NCBI GenBank assembly: GCA_963699755.1
Contig: CAVOVB010000007.1
Coordinates: 288,001 to 352,000, forward strand
Reading direction: 5' to 3'
Origin: an uncultured delta proteobacterium
GTDB lineage: Bacteria > Myxococcota_A > Polyangia > Polyangiales > Houyiibacteriaceae
Length of the DNA: 64,000 nucleotides
Shown piece after piece: positions 8,897 through 18,925 of this stretch. The notes beneath the pieces are model-generated. The model worked only from the letters and a program-made list of their open reading frames with translations. It made no database searches and was not told where the DNA came from. Each line of letters begins with the position of its first letter. Within the stretch, counting starts at the first letter, position 1. The position numbers were made by a program, and so were the translations under genes.

Positions 8897-9943
8897 ATGG
8901 TGGAACTGCTAGGCGGAAAATACGAAGTTCTGGAGCTCGCGGGCGAAGGCGGGATGGCCAAGGTGTATCGCGGGCAAACGCACGGGGCTGCCGGCTTCAC
9001 GCGCCCGGTGGCCATCAAGCGCGTCCTGGCGCCGCTTAGTCAGAACCCGGAGTTCCTCAAGATGTTCGTGGAGGAGGCGCGGGTGGTCTCCGAGCTCGAT
9101 CACCCGAACATCGCGCAGATTCACGACTTCGATCGGGACCGCAACGGGGAGTACTACTTGGTTCTCGAGTGGGTTGAGGGTCTGACACTTTCCGATTGGC
9201 GGCGAGGCTATAGGGCACACGGGCACCACACGCCCTGGAGCCTGACCGCGGCCGTCGGCATCGAAGTCCTCCAAGCGCTGCACATGGCACATGTGAGACG
9301 GGACGCTGCGGGGCGGCCTGCCCCGGTCTTCCATCGCGACATCACGCCGCAGAACGTGATGCTGAGCAACTGCGGCGTGGTGAAGCTCACTGATTTTGGT
9401 CTCGCGCGCGCGATGGATCGGAGCTCGATCACCAAGCCCGGTTTCGTAAAGGGCAAGATCTCCTATCTGGCACCGGAGCTGACCTACGAAGCTGAACCAA
9501 GCGCACAAACCGACGTGTTCAGTGTGGGCGTCGTGCTCTGGGAAATTCTCGCCGGCGAAAAACTCTTCAAGGGTGAAGACCCTATCAAGGTCATCGGGAC
9601 GATTCGCGAATCGGAAACGCCTGACCTGGCGCTGATTCGCGACGACCTGCCCGAAGGCCTCCTCGAGATCCTCCACAAGGCGCTTCGGCGGAATCCGATC
9701 GAACGTTACGCATCGAGCCGGGACATGGCACGCGCGCTCGCCGCTCTTCTGCGCGAGAGCGACGAGGTCACCGACTCCCACGTGATCGCTCAGAGCGTCC
9801 GCTGGTCCGCCAGCCAGCTCGAGCGCGCGCAACCGAGCGAGCCACCGACGAAGCCCTTCGCTGCTCGGGATGCGCTGGCGCAAGCAGACTCAGCGGCAGA
9901 AACGCTTCTCGACACCAGTATCCCGCTCACCCGACGAAAGTAG
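8897..9943 (+). CDS. Hanks-type Ser/Thr protein kinase, soluble
   Basis: GEGGMAKVY, VAIK, HRDITPQN, DFG, YLAPE, DVFSVG; no obvious TM segment. Confidence 0.92.
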   Translation: MVELLGGKYEVLELAGEGGMAKVYRGQTHGAAGFTRPVAIKRVLAPLSQNPEFLKMFVEEARVVSELDHPNIAQIHDFDRDRNGEYYLVLEWVEGLTLSDWRRGYRAHGHHTPWSLTAAVGIEVLQALHMAHVRRDAAGRPAPVFHRDITPQNVMLSNCGVVKLTDFGLARAMDRSSITKPGFVKGKISYLAPELTYEAEPSAQTDVFSVGVVLWEILAGEKLFKGEDPIKVIGTIRESETPDLALIRDDLPEGLLEILHKALRRNPIERYASSRDMARALAALLRESDEVTDSHVIAQSVRWSASQLERAQPSEPPTKPFAARDALAQADSAAETLLDTSIPLTRRK

Positions 9944-9946
9944 GGG

Positions 9947-10510
9947 CTACAAGAGGTCGAACCCCAAACCCGCCGCGACGGAAAGCGCTACGAAAGGCGG
10001 GGTCATGCCGATGACGGCGGCTATCATGTACTCGCGGAACGTCACGCCGGACATGGCCAGCGTGTAGTTCACGGGGGGGATCGCCCAGAGGAAGAGTCGG
10101 ATCACGATCATCGAACGAATCGGCTGCTGCTCGAGGCGGTCCAAAGGCTTTTGCAGAAATGGACGCTTGATGGTGAGGTTCTTGAGGGGCTGACCTCCGA
10201 TGGCGCGAACGATGACGAACGAAACGGCAACCGAGATCGTTGCTGCGATGATCGAGGCAACCGAACCCCAAAGCGGCCCATAGGCAAGTCCCGATACCAT
10301 CACGAAGACGAAGCCTGGGACATAGAGAAGCTGTCCTATACAGAAGACCGCAACGAAGACGGCGAAGCCCGCGATCCCCGCCGTGCGCATCGATTCGCGA
10401 ATCCCCTCGACGGTGAGCTGGTCGGTGAAACCAGTCGCCCGCCCAATAAGGTAGACGCCGATCAGAAACGCGGCCAAGAGCGCGAGACGAGCCCAGGTGT
10501 TGCTCACCAT
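9947..10510 (-). CDS. TVP38/TMEM64 (VTT/DedA-related) membrane protein
   Basis: Hydrophobic; PG...GLAYGPLWG, IRL..., NYTLAMSGVTFREY..GMTP pattern. Confidence 0.8.
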   Translation of the reverse strand: MVSNTWARLALLAAFLIGVYLIGRATGFTDQLTVEGIRESMRTAGIAGFAVFVAVFCIGQLLYVPGFVFVMVSGLAYGPLWGSVASIIAATISVAVSFVIVRAIGGQPLKNLTIKRPFLQKPLDRLEQQPIRSMIVIRLFLWAIPPVNYTLAMSGVTFREYMIAAVIGMTPPFVALSVAAGLGFDLL

Positions 10511-10566
10511 CGCCAGTAAGACACAGCCCAGCCGGCAAGACCAGGGCGAAGCTCCGCAGGACGGCC

Positions 10567-12543
10567 TTACGGGGAGTCCAGGATCAGATCGAGTGGATCT
10601 CGAGTGACCCGGTTCGAACCATCGAGGGAATTGATATCGATCCGACTCAGGTCGACGCGAGGCGAAAAGATCTCGGCGTGAAACGAATCGACGATTCGCT
10701 GCGAATAGCTCTCCGCGGTCTCATCCTCTTGGAGCTCTGCTTCCCCACAGCCCCAGGCGGCGCCGGTGCGACCATACAAGCAGATGCGAGCACCATCGAT
10801 TCGGATGCGCAGCCCGTTGCTAGACTGCTCGAAACGTGGAGAGCGCATCACCGCCCTTGCTAGTCTCCGGTCGATTGCCGAGTCACTCGACTCGACTTCC
10901 ACGGGAAGCGCCCAGCCCAAGCGACGAAAGAGGCCCGGATCAGTCCCGAGGACCTCTTCGTAGAACGAAGTGCTTTCGCGCGGATCGGCGAGCGCCCGTC
11001 CAAAGACCGCGCGAACACGTTCCCGCAAGAGCGCATCTCCGGGTTGCAACTGGCGGAGCGCCCGCTCCGAGTGCTGCATCGCTCCGTCGTATTCACCCTG
11101 TGCCAAGGACACCTCGGCGAGCACGGCCTCATAGTATGGGGCCGCACCCTCTCGCCGGTCTTGGGCGCGCATTTCGTCGACCGCCGCCCTCACTACGCCC
11201 GGGCCGAGTGTACCGATCAGGTCCCCCAAGAGCCAAGCCGGCATCACGGCGCTCCGCGCCGTCCCGAGCGCAAACGTTCCGACCAGCCTCGCTTCGTCGT
11301 CGAGGAAGCGGGCCGCTTGCCGAGCGCTCATCCAGGCCTCGAAGCGGAGCCAGAGCGCCTTGCCCTGCGCCCAGCATCTCGCATAGAACGGCTTGGCCAC
11401 AGCCCGCTCCACGGTCATCTCCGCCAACATCAGACGCGCTTGCCGGTCGAGCAGCGCGACGATACTCCGATCCTGCTCCGGATCCCGGCTGTTGTGAGCG
11501 CGCCTGTCTGGAAGCACGGCAGCCTTGTCGGTGATGCGCAGCGCCTCATCCGGCCTTCCCATCAAGAGAAGAAACGCAGCCAGTGACCGACGGGCTTCGT
11601 TGCGATCCGAGTCGCGCACGTGCGCCGGCCGAGTGGCGCGATGACGCGGGACCTCCCTCAGGGCAGAAAGGGCTTCTGCAAAGCGCCCTGCCCTCATGTA
11701 GAGATCGGCCAACTCGAGCCAGGGGTTCCCGTACCAAGAGAGCCCGCCCGTCGATGCGTCCATCAGGAGGCGTTCCGCTTCATCGAAGCGAAACACCGAC
11801 CTGGCCGCTTCGGCGTAGTTCCCGAGGTCGACCGCCGTAGCACTGCCGAAGTGGGTGCGACCGTACTCGACCGCGTCGGCACAAACCCGGTAACTCTTCT
11901 CATCGTCTCCAGCTTCATACTCGATCGCGCAAAGAGCGTTCTTTGCGCGCTCGATCTGATACGGATCCCCCGTCGCCAAGCCCTCTTCGGCAGCGAGCCT
12001 CGCTTTTTCAAACTCCCGCTTCTTCATCAGCGGCCAGGCGAGCTCGGCCTTGAGCTGCGGCGTATAGAGCTCATTGTACCTGTACATGAAGCCGAGCTGC
12101 TCGTCGTAGTGTTCGAGATCGCCGTGCGCGCGGGTCAGTCCAATCAAGATTCTCGCATGCCATCGCCAAGGTTGACTCTGTGTGGGCTCCACGCCTTCGG
12201 CCGCCTCGAAGAGATCGAGTGCGCGGGTTTCGTGAAACAGCGCCTTCGGGAAATTCGCCTCGCCGTAGTGTTGCGCCATGCCAAGAACGAGGTGGGCAAC
12301 ATAGGAGCTCGGATGCTCCAATAGATACTTCTCGGCTTCTTCGCGGGCTCTCACATAGCGTTCGCGTTCGACGAGCTCCCAGAGAGCCAGTTCTTCGGCT
12401 TCGGCTTCTTCGCCTTCGAGAAGTAGCGGCGCCATCATGTCGTCCGCGGCAGCCCGGGGGAGCCGACCCAGGGCCAAGCAAAGGGCACTGAGCGACGCTG
12501 CGAGCAGCACCCAACTGACGCGAGTTGATGCAAGGCCGCGCAT
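10567..12543 (-). CDS. Large exported helical (TPR-like) hypothetical protein
   Basis: N-terminal signal-like segment; Ala/Leu/Glu/Arg-rich helical repeats (e.g. LELADLYMRAGRFAEALSAL); starts 2 nt after the moxR stop. Confidence 0.65.
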   Translation of the reverse strand: MRGLASTRVSWVLLAASLSALCLALGRLPRAAADDMMAPLLLEGEEAEAEELALWELVERERYVRAREEAEKYLLEHPSSYVAHLVLGMAQHYGEANFPKALFHETRALDLFEAAEGVEPTQSQPWRWHARILIGLTRAHGDLEHYDEQLGFMYRYNELYTPQLKAELAWPLMKKREFEKARLAAEEGLATGDPYQIERAKNALCAIEYEAGDDEKSYRVCADAVEYGRTHFGSATAVDLGNYAEAARSVFRFDEAERLLMDASTGGLSWYGNPWLELADLYMRAGRFAEALSALREVPRHRATRPAHVRDSDRNEARRSLAAFLLLMGRPDEALRITDKAAVLPDRRAHNSRDPEQDRSIVALLDRQARLMLAEMTVERAVAKPFYARCWAQGKALWLRFEAWMSARQAARFLDDEARLVGTFALGTARSAVMPAWLLGDLIGTLGPGVVRAAVDEMRAQDRREGAAPYYEAVLAEVSLAQGEYDGAMQHSERALRQLQPGDALLRERVRAVFGRALADPRESTSFYEEVLGTDPGLFRRLGWALPVEVESSDSAIDRRLARAVMRSPRFEQSSNGLRIRIDGARICLYGRTGAAWGCGEAELQEDETAESYSQRIVDSFHAEIFSPRVDLSRIDINSLDGSNRVTRDPLDLILDSP

Positions 12544-12545
12544 CG

Positions 12546-13559
12546 TCACCCGCGGCGCAGGCTCGCCCGCGCCAGCTTTTCGATTTCGACGGCCGTGGCC
12601 TCTTCGATCAGCGCGTCCACATCTTCGACGCCTGGCGCGCACTCGAGTCGGTGTTTGAACACGTACGGAGCCAGCACCGCGATATCTTCTGGGGACACGA
12701 AGTCCCGCCCGTGGATGACGGCTCGGGCCTGAAGAGCGGGCAGCATCAAGACAAGGGCACGGGTAGATGCCCCTTGGAGCACACGGGAATCGCTTCGAAG
12801 AAGGCGTGCTAAGTCGACCAAGGCTTCCTTCACGACTGGGGCCACGTGCACGGCGGCTCGAGTCTGGCGACGCGCCGCTAGAATCTCCGTGCGGGTCACG
12901 CCGGGGTAGTCGCGGGCCACTTCGAGGCTCGCGCGCGGATACTGGTTCAGCACCTCGAGCTCGGACGCACGATCGATGTGCTTCATCTCTATCTTGAAGA
13001 GGAAGCGGTCGAGCTGTGGCGTTGGAAGTGGATAGGTGCCCGCCAGGTCGAGCGGGTTCTGCGTTGCGATGACGAAGAAGAGATCGTCCAGCAAGTAGGA
13101 CTGGTTGTCGACCGTGACTTGTTTCTCGGCCATGGCTTCGAGCATCGCCGCTTGCACCTTGGGTGAGGTGCGGTTGATCTCGTCCGCAAGGACGATGTGT
13201 GCAAAGACCGGGCCTCGTCGAAACGCGAAGTGGCCGGTCTCCACATCGAAGATGTTGGTACCGGTGATGTCACTCGGAAGCAGGTCGGGGGTGAACTGGA
13301 TGCGGCGGAACGCGGCGATCCCAGCCGCACCGTCTCCTTCTTCGAGCGCATTGCCGAGCGCGCGAGCGAGCGTCGTCTTACCTGAACCCGGGTAGTCTTC
13401 GAGAAGCACGTGGCCGTCGGAGAGCAAGGCGACGAGCACGAGCTCGACGACCTCGTCCCGACCTCGAACCGCGGCCCTCAAGCGGGCGCCCAAGCGCTCC
13501 GCAACCTCGCGGGCGCCCCTGAGGCTGTCTTCGATAGGTGTGTGAATCGCTTGCTGCAT
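12546..13559 (-). CDS. MoxR family AAA+ ATPase
   Basis: EDYPGSGKT, RIQFTPDLLPSDITG, LADEINR, ATQNP, GTYPLP.PQLDRF. Confidence 0.95.
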   Translation of the reverse strand: MQQAIHTPIEDSLRGAREVAERLGARLRAAVRGRDEVVELVLVALLSDGHVLLEDYPGSGKTTLARALGNALEEGDGAAGIAAFRRIQFTPDLLPSDITGTNIFDVETGHFAFRRGPVFAHIVLADEINRTSPKVQAAMLEAMAEKQVTVDNQSYLLDDLFFVIATQNPLDLAGTYPLPTPQLDRFLFKIEMKHIDRASELEVLNQYPRASLEVARDYPGVTRTEILAARRQTRAAVHVAPVVKEALVDLARLLRSDSRVLQGASTRALVLMLPALQARAVIHGRDFVSPEDIAVLAPYVFKHRLECAPGVEDVDALIEEATAVEIEKLARASLRRG

Positions 13560-13592
13560 CTCAGCTCCGGGCTCTCGGTCGGAAGGATGGCA

Positions 13593-15770
13593 TCATTTCG
13601 ACCGCAACCAAGACCAGGGCGTAATCAGCCCCAAAAACCGCTTCCAAAGCGGGAATCCGCTGCGAATGTCGCGCCGGACCTTGGCGGCCTCGTCGCGCAG
13701 TCCGCTCGGATCGGGCTCCCGCGCCCCGAATGCCGAAGCAAGATGGGCCTCGGTCAAAGGCTCGAATGACGGGAAACGACTGCGAACGCGCTGTGCGAAC
13801 GCCTCTCGCGACTCGCCTGAATACCGTCGTACCGCGAGCTCGCCCATCCGATCGAGCTCTGCTCGGTACACCACCCTCGGCAGCGCGGCGGCTGGAGCCC
13901 AGGTCGGAGCAAGCCGGCGCCAGAGCTTCACCAAATAGAGCGCGAGCAAGACCCAGGCGAGGAGCGCCAAGACCGAGGTTCCGAACGTGACGGAGATTCG
14001 GCGGGCAAGCTCTTTGAGCTTGGGCAGGTCGGTGGCAGAAAGTGGGAGCGGAGATGCGCCTCTGGCGAGCTCTCCGAGCAGCCGCTGCAAATCGGCATCC
14101 ATGGGCTGCTCGGGAGGGTCGAGTGCGCGCTCCGGGTACACGTCCAAGACGACCCAGCCAAAGCCATCGATGAACACCTCGGGCCAAGCGTGTGACGCTG
14201 CCCCAGAAAGCAACAGCGAAGACCCACCTTGACGCGCCGATTCGCTCACCGCGTATCCGGTGGCCACGCGGGCCGGCACGCCGAGGCTTCGCATCAAGTA
14301 CGTCGCTGCGTGAGAGAAATGGACGCAGTACCCGGTTCGATCACCGAAGAGGAAGCTTGCGGTGGGGTCCTCGGCGCTGCTGTGCTGGTTCTTGAGGCTG
14401 TAGATCCCTTCGCGCCCGAGCCAGCCCGTCACGGCAAAAGCCTTGGCGATTGGGTTGTTCGCAAGCCTGTCCGGGAGCTCCGCCGTGAGCTCCGCTGCAA
14501 GCTCGGCGTACCGCGGATCGGACGGGGTCTCGGTGTAGTGAGCCCACTGTTCTTTGGACCAATTGGGCGAGCCCGGGCGGGCGTCGAGCATCGACGTGTA
14601 GTCCGCGGTGAGCACTGCGGACATCGCACGGTACACGCGACGGAATCGATTTGGCGATGGGTTTTGCATCGGCTCGACCTCCATCGGGGCCTCGAGTGCG
14701 AATGGCTGACGATGGTCGGCCATGAGCGCAATCGTGGTTTCGAGTGGACCGCGATTCTCGTTGATCTCAGGCGCGCTTTCGATACTAGTGAGGCGCGCCG
14801 GGAAGTAGGGGATCAGATCGTCGTCCACATCCGGTCGACCCGATACCACCAACTTCCGACCGTTGTACTGACTGAACGCGCCCTGCCGGAAGTAGTAGAC
14901 GCCGCTTGGTGGGGAGTAGTCATCGTGGAAAAGCACGACCGCAACCGGAACGCGGGCTCCTCCCGGGTTGTACTTGTCGCGAAACTCGAGCTCGCTGGCG
15001 GAAGCCCCGCCGCGCTCTTGCTGTCGACCTTTTCCTTCTTTGGCTTCCGACTGCTCGGGACGCAGTCCGAGCCCACCTCCGCCGTCGGGCGGAGGTGGCA
15101 TTCCTACCAGCGGCGTCGCCACCACGATCAGCGCGAGCAACATGCCGATGACGCCGAGATTGAGAACAGCGCGCCCGAAGCGCTGCTCCCGAAGCAAAAG
15201 CACCAGGCCGAAGACCGTGGCCGTTCCCCCCATGAAGAGGAAGAGCCAGGTCGGATCCCAGCCGAGCGCGATGATCCAGTCGGCCAAGTAGAACGGGCGG
15301 TTGATTGCACCGTGCCGGTGAGGAATGAACAGCTGCCCAAAGGCGACGGCTACGAGAAGCAGCTCGAAAACCGAGAAAATCGCCCTACGTGTCGAGCCCG
15401 CTCGCATCGCCGCGCTGCTGATCGCGGCCACCAACAGTGCGGTGAACATGCCCGCCAAGCGCAAGGCTCCGACCGGACCGAGCGATGCGGCCAACAAAGA
15501 ACCATGGGTCAGCGAAGCTCGAAGCCAGGCAACCAGGGCGATCAGCACCAGCGCGCCTGCGAAGATCACCGACGTGCGGACGCGTGACTGGCCGAGCTGG
15601 GAGCCGACGAGGCAGCCACCAAAGCCTCCCGCAAACGCCACGAGCACCGAGCCCGAAGGAGCCATCGTCGCAACCAAGACCCCCCAGGCCAGGCCGTGAA
15701 TCATGGCTCGGCCGAGCTCGGCGAGCACCACCGCAACGCCGTTGCGTTGAGATCGTGCGTGTCCGGTCAT
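13593..15770 (-). CDS. Polytopic membrane protein with transglutaminase-like domain (TgpA-like)
   Basis: Several N-terminal TM helices; GYCVHFS, PARVATGY, HAWPEV, WVVLD give an intact Cys-His-Asp triad; ATGA overlap with the DUF58 stop. Confidence 0.85.
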   Translation of the reverse strand: MTGHARSQRNGVAVVLAELGRAMIHGLAWGVLVATMAPSGSVLVAFAGGFGGCLVGSQLGQSRVRTSVIFAGALVLIALVAWLRASLTHGSLLAASLGPVGALRLAGMFTALLVAAISSAAMRAGSTRRAIFSVFELLLVAVAFGQLFIPHRHGAINRPFYLADWIIALGWDPTWLFLFMGGTATVFGLVLLLREQRFGRAVLNLGVIGMLLALIVVATPLVGMPPPPDGGGGLGLRPEQSEAKEGKGRQQERGGASASELEFRDKYNPGGARVPVAVVLFHDDYSPPSGVYYFRQGAFSQYNGRKLVVSGRPDVDDDLIPYFPARLTSIESAPEINENRGPLETTIALMADHRQPFALEAPMEVEPMQNPSPNRFRRVYRAMSAVLTADYTSMLDARPGSPNWSKEQWAHYTETPSDPRYAELAAELTAELPDRLANNPIAKAFAVTGWLGREGIYSLKNQHSSAEDPTASFLFGDRTGYCVHFSHAATYLMRSLGVPARVATGYAVSESARQGGSSLLLSGAASHAWPEVFIDGFGWVVLDVYPERALDPPEQPMDADLQRLLGELARGASPLPLSATDLPKLKELARRISVTFGTSVLALLAWVLLALYLVKLWRRLAPTWAPAAALPRVVYRAELDRMGELAVRRYSGESREAFAQRVRSRFPSFEPLTEAHLASAFGAREPDPSGLRDEAAKVRRDIRSGFPLWKRFLGLITPWSWLRSK

Positions 15771-17089
15771 GCGGCGTTTCTCCATGGCGAGCTGAGATGT
15801 GCCCCGTCGCCGAGGAGCCGACCACTGACGCGATCGACGACCACGACTTCGCAACGAAGCTTGCCGAGCGCCCTTCCGACCCGTTCGAGATCGGCTCGGT
15901 CGACGCCCGAAACCGGAGTCGGTTTGAGCAAGAAGCGACGCCACCGCGGCCGATGGTCGGGGTCGTGAACGGCGTCGACCGCAATGACCACGCGAACGCG
16001 GCCGTAACGCCGCGTCGTCAGCGCACGCATTTCATCGAGCCAGCCGCCCATCGTCGGGGGCGCGAACAGGACGAGCGCCGCCGGGCCACGGGGATCGACC
16101 TCCGCCAAGAAGCGCTTCAGCCCGCTACCGCTCTCCCCCGTATGTCGCGAGGACGCCAGCACCTTGTGGAGCGCTTCGGAAGGATCGGAGGTAGCCTCGG
16201 GAGAGCCGTCGGCACCAAACTGCCAGTCGTTGCCGAGCGCCTCTTCTTCGATCGCCGCTCGCGCGGCCGCGGCGGCTGCTTCGTCGTGTGCACCCGCGAC
16301 GAGATAGGCCACAGTCCTGCGAGCGCGGCTCAAGGCCCGCTCCGGCACCCTGACCATCAGCTTCCGGGTGCGGCCGAAGACCTTCCAGTGAATGAAGCGT
16401 GCCGAATCGCCGGGAACGTATCTCCGGAGCTCGACCCGGTCACCGTCCTCGAGCCCCATCGGATGGGGGAGCTCCTCGCCGCCGGTCAGAGAGGTGAGGA
16501 CCGGCAGTCGCCGCATCCCGCCGAGGTGCGGAAGCACCTCGATCGGTCCCGGTTGGCGATGGCGAAAGACGACGCGCGCCAGACCAAAGGCATCCTGAAC
16601 CACCAAGCGGCGGGTCACTGACGGGTAGATTCCCCGTCGGCGGAGGGCTATCTGCTCCCGGAGCCGCCCACTTCCCGTCTGAGGCTCGGCGAGCACTGCA
16701 TCGGGCGAGTCCCAGGACCAGCGCAGCTGCACCATGGGCAGCCACCACAGGGACGGCAGTGAGAACCCCGTTGCCAGGGGAAGTCCGGTCTCGAAGGTCG
16801 TCATCCGCCAGCTGAACGACGCGCGCCGGAGCCACAGCCGGAGCCCGACCGCGCTCGACACGACTAGGAAGGTCGAAATCAGAAGAAGCCCCGCTCCTCC
16901 ATAGCCGAGCACCAAGAGGACCAGATCGAGCTTCTTGAAGCCAAAGCCAAACAAGGCCACGGACGCGACCAGGGCGAGCGCGACTCCGACCCAGGTGAGG
17001 GGCCAGAAATCGACGACTTTGCCAGCGATCGTTCGAGCACGTCCGAGCAGAGACGCTTTGGACGGAAAATCTGCCTGCCTTTCGCTCAT
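15767..17089 (-). CDS. DUF58 domain protein
   Basis: Two N-terminal TM helices, RRG.Y, DAFGL, LRRYVPGDSARFIHWK. Confidence 0.85.
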   Translation of the reverse strand: MSERQADFPSKASLLGRARTIAGKVVDFWPLTWVGVALALVASVALFGFGFKKLDLVLLVLGYGGAGLLLISTFLVVSSAVGLRLWLRRASFSWRMTTFETGLPLATGFSLPSLWWLPMVQLRWSWDSPDAVLAEPQTGSGRLREQIALRRRGIYPSVTRRLVVQDAFGLARVVFRHRQPGPIEVLPHLGGMRRLPVLTSLTGGEELPHPMGLEDGDRVELRRYVPGDSARFIHWKVFGRTRKLMVRVPERALSRARRTVAYLVAGAHDEAAAAAARAAIEEEALGNDWQFGADGSPEATSDPSEALHKVLASSRHTGESGSGLKRFLAEVDPRGPAALVLFAPPTMGGWLDEMRALTTRRYGRVRVVIAVDAVHDPDHRPRWRRFLLKPTPVSGVDRADLERVGRALGKLRCEVVVVDRVSGRLLGDGAHLSSPWRNAA

Positions 17090-17173
17090 GAGCGCGATCG
17101 TGCCACGGGAGTCTGCAAGCTCAACTATCGGAATAAGGCGTAGGCGTGGGGGGTTGTGGGTCCCTGAGGTGTC

Positions 17174-17201
17174 TTGACAGGCTTAGAGCCGGGGCTAACC
17201 T
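17174..17201 (+). promoter_or_regulatory. Sigma70-type promoter of the ABC operon
   Basis: TTGACA-N16-TAACCT, 45 nt upstream of ATG 17247. Confidence 0.6.
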
Positions 17202-17246
17202 CCGCCAGCCCTGAAAAAAGCAACGGAATCACGCGCGAGGGAGTTT

Positions 17247-18215
17247 ATGAGCGATGTGATGATCGATGCGCGGGAGTTGACCAAGCAATACGGTACGGTC
17301 ACCGCGCTAGAGAACGCCAGTTTTCAAGTGAACCGCGGAGAGGTCGTCGGTTTCCTCGGGCCCAATGGCGCCGGGAAGACCACCACGATGAAGATCCTCA
17401 CCTGCTTCATCGCGCCTTCCGGAGGGACCGCCCAGGTCGGCGGCGCCGACATCTTCGAGGACCCGATCGCGGTCCGCGAGCTGATCGGCTATCTGCCGGA
17501 GAGCACCCCACTCTACACCGAGATGCTGGTGCTCGAGTATCTGGAGTTCGTCGGCAAGATGCGCGGGCTGCGGGGCGCCGGCCTACAGGCGAGGCTCCGC
17601 CGGGTCGTCGAGGAAACCAGCCTGGGCGAGGTCATCGGCAAGGGCATCGGCGAGCTCTCGAAGGGCTTTCGCCAGCGTGTGGGCCTCGCGCAGGCGTTGA
17701 TCCACGAGCCTCCAGTTCTGATCCTCGATGAACCGATGAGCGGCCTCGACCCGAACCAGGCCTCCGAGATCCGCGAGCTGATCCGAGAGATCGGCCGGGA
17801 GCGCACCATCATTTTGTCGACGCACAACCTCTCGGAGGTCCGTGTGACCTGCGGACGAGTGCTGATCATTTCGCAAGGTCGGCTCGTGGCGGACGATACC
17901 CCCGAAGAGCTCGCTGCGCGTGCCGGGAGGCCTCGATTCGTCGCGACCCTCAAGCAGAACGGTGAGAGCTCCGGCGTCATCCGGGAGGCCTTCGCCGTCA
18001 TAGGCGACGCGCAGAGCGTGAACGAGCTGGCGGGCGCGGCGCCTGGTGAGCTGCTGGTCGAAGTCGTGCCCAAGGGCAACCAAGACCTGCGCGCCCAAAT
18101 CTTCGAGGCGGCAGTCGCTGCCAAGCTCGTGCTCCTCGGCCTCGAGCAGCGCGGCGGAAACCTCGAAGACATCTTTCGACAGCTCACCACGGGTGACGAA
18201 GGAGCTGCATCATGA
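17247..18215 (+). CDS. ABC transporter ATP-binding protein (GldA-like)
   Basis: GPNGAGKTT, LSKGFRQR, LILDEP, STH. Confidence 0.92.
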   Translation: MSDVMIDARELTKQYGTVTALENASFQVNRGEVVGFLGPNGAGKTTTMKILTCFIAPSGGTAQVGGADIFEDPIAVRELIGYLPESTPLYTEMLVLEYLEFVGKMRGLRGAGLQARLRRVVEETSLGEVIGKGIGELSKGFRQRVGLAQALIHEPPVLILDEPMSGLDPNQASEIRELIREIGRERTIILSTHNLSEVRVTCGRVLIISQGRLVADDTPEELAARAGRPRFVATLKQNGESSGVIREAFAVIGDAQSVNELAGAAPGELLVEVVPKGNQDLRAQIFEAAVAAKLVLLGLEQRGGNLEDIFRQLTTGDEGAAS

Positions 18216-18922
18216 GATCGATTCTCACCATTGCCGGACGCCAGTTCCGAAGCTACTTCAACGGCCCGGTAGCTTACATCGTCATCTGCATCATCATGCT
18301 CACGCTGGGCTTTTTTTTCTGGAAGACCTTTTTTCTCTTTGGTCGCGCAAGCGCGCGGGAGATGTTCCGCTGGCTCGGTCTGATCCTGGTTTTCTCCCTT
18401 CCTGCGCTCACGATGGGTCTTCTGGCCGAAGAGAAGCGCACCGGGACGATCGAGCTTCTCATCACCATGCCAGTCACCGAGGCGCAGGTGATCATCGGAA
18501 AGTTCCTAGGCGTCTTGGGACTCTATGCGGTTCTCCTCGCCTTGACCGTTGCCTATCCGATCAGCATTTCCACGCTCGGCGACCTCGACTGGGGCCCGGT
18601 TTGGAGCGGCTACCTCGGCTTGTTCTTACAAGGGTCGGCGGTGCTTGCCATCGGTTTGATGGCCAGCAGTTGGACGAGCAATCAGCTGATCGCGCTCTTC
18701 GTGGCCCTGACCTTGAGCGTGTTCTTCTGGGTCCTCGACAAGTTCTTGGCGCTGCTCCCGACGAACGCCGCATCTGCCTTGCAGTGGCTTTCCTTCGACT
18801 ACCATTTCCAGAGCATGGCGCGCGGCGTGATCGACCTGCGTGACGTGCTCTTCTTCGTCTCGGTGGTCGTGTTTGCCCTGGCTGTCGCGTTTCGGGCACT
18901 GGAATCCCGGCGGTGGAGCTGA
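18212..18922 (+). CDS. ABC-2 type permease (GldF-like)
   Basis: About 6 TM helices, PALTMGLLAEEKRTGTIELLITMP, RGVIDLRD. Confidence 0.88.
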   Translation: MRSILTIAGRQFRSYFNGPVAYIVICIIMLTLGFFFWKTFFLFGRASAREMFRWLGLILVFSLPALTMGLLAEEKRTGTIELLITMPVTEAQVIIGKFLGVLGLYAVLLALTVAYPISISTLGDLDWGPVWSGYLGLFLQGSAVLAIGLMASSWTSNQLIALFVALTLSVFFWVLDKFLALLPTNAASALQWLSFDYHFQSMARGVIDLRDVLFFVSVVVFALAVAFRALESRRWS

Positions 18923-18925
18923 TCG

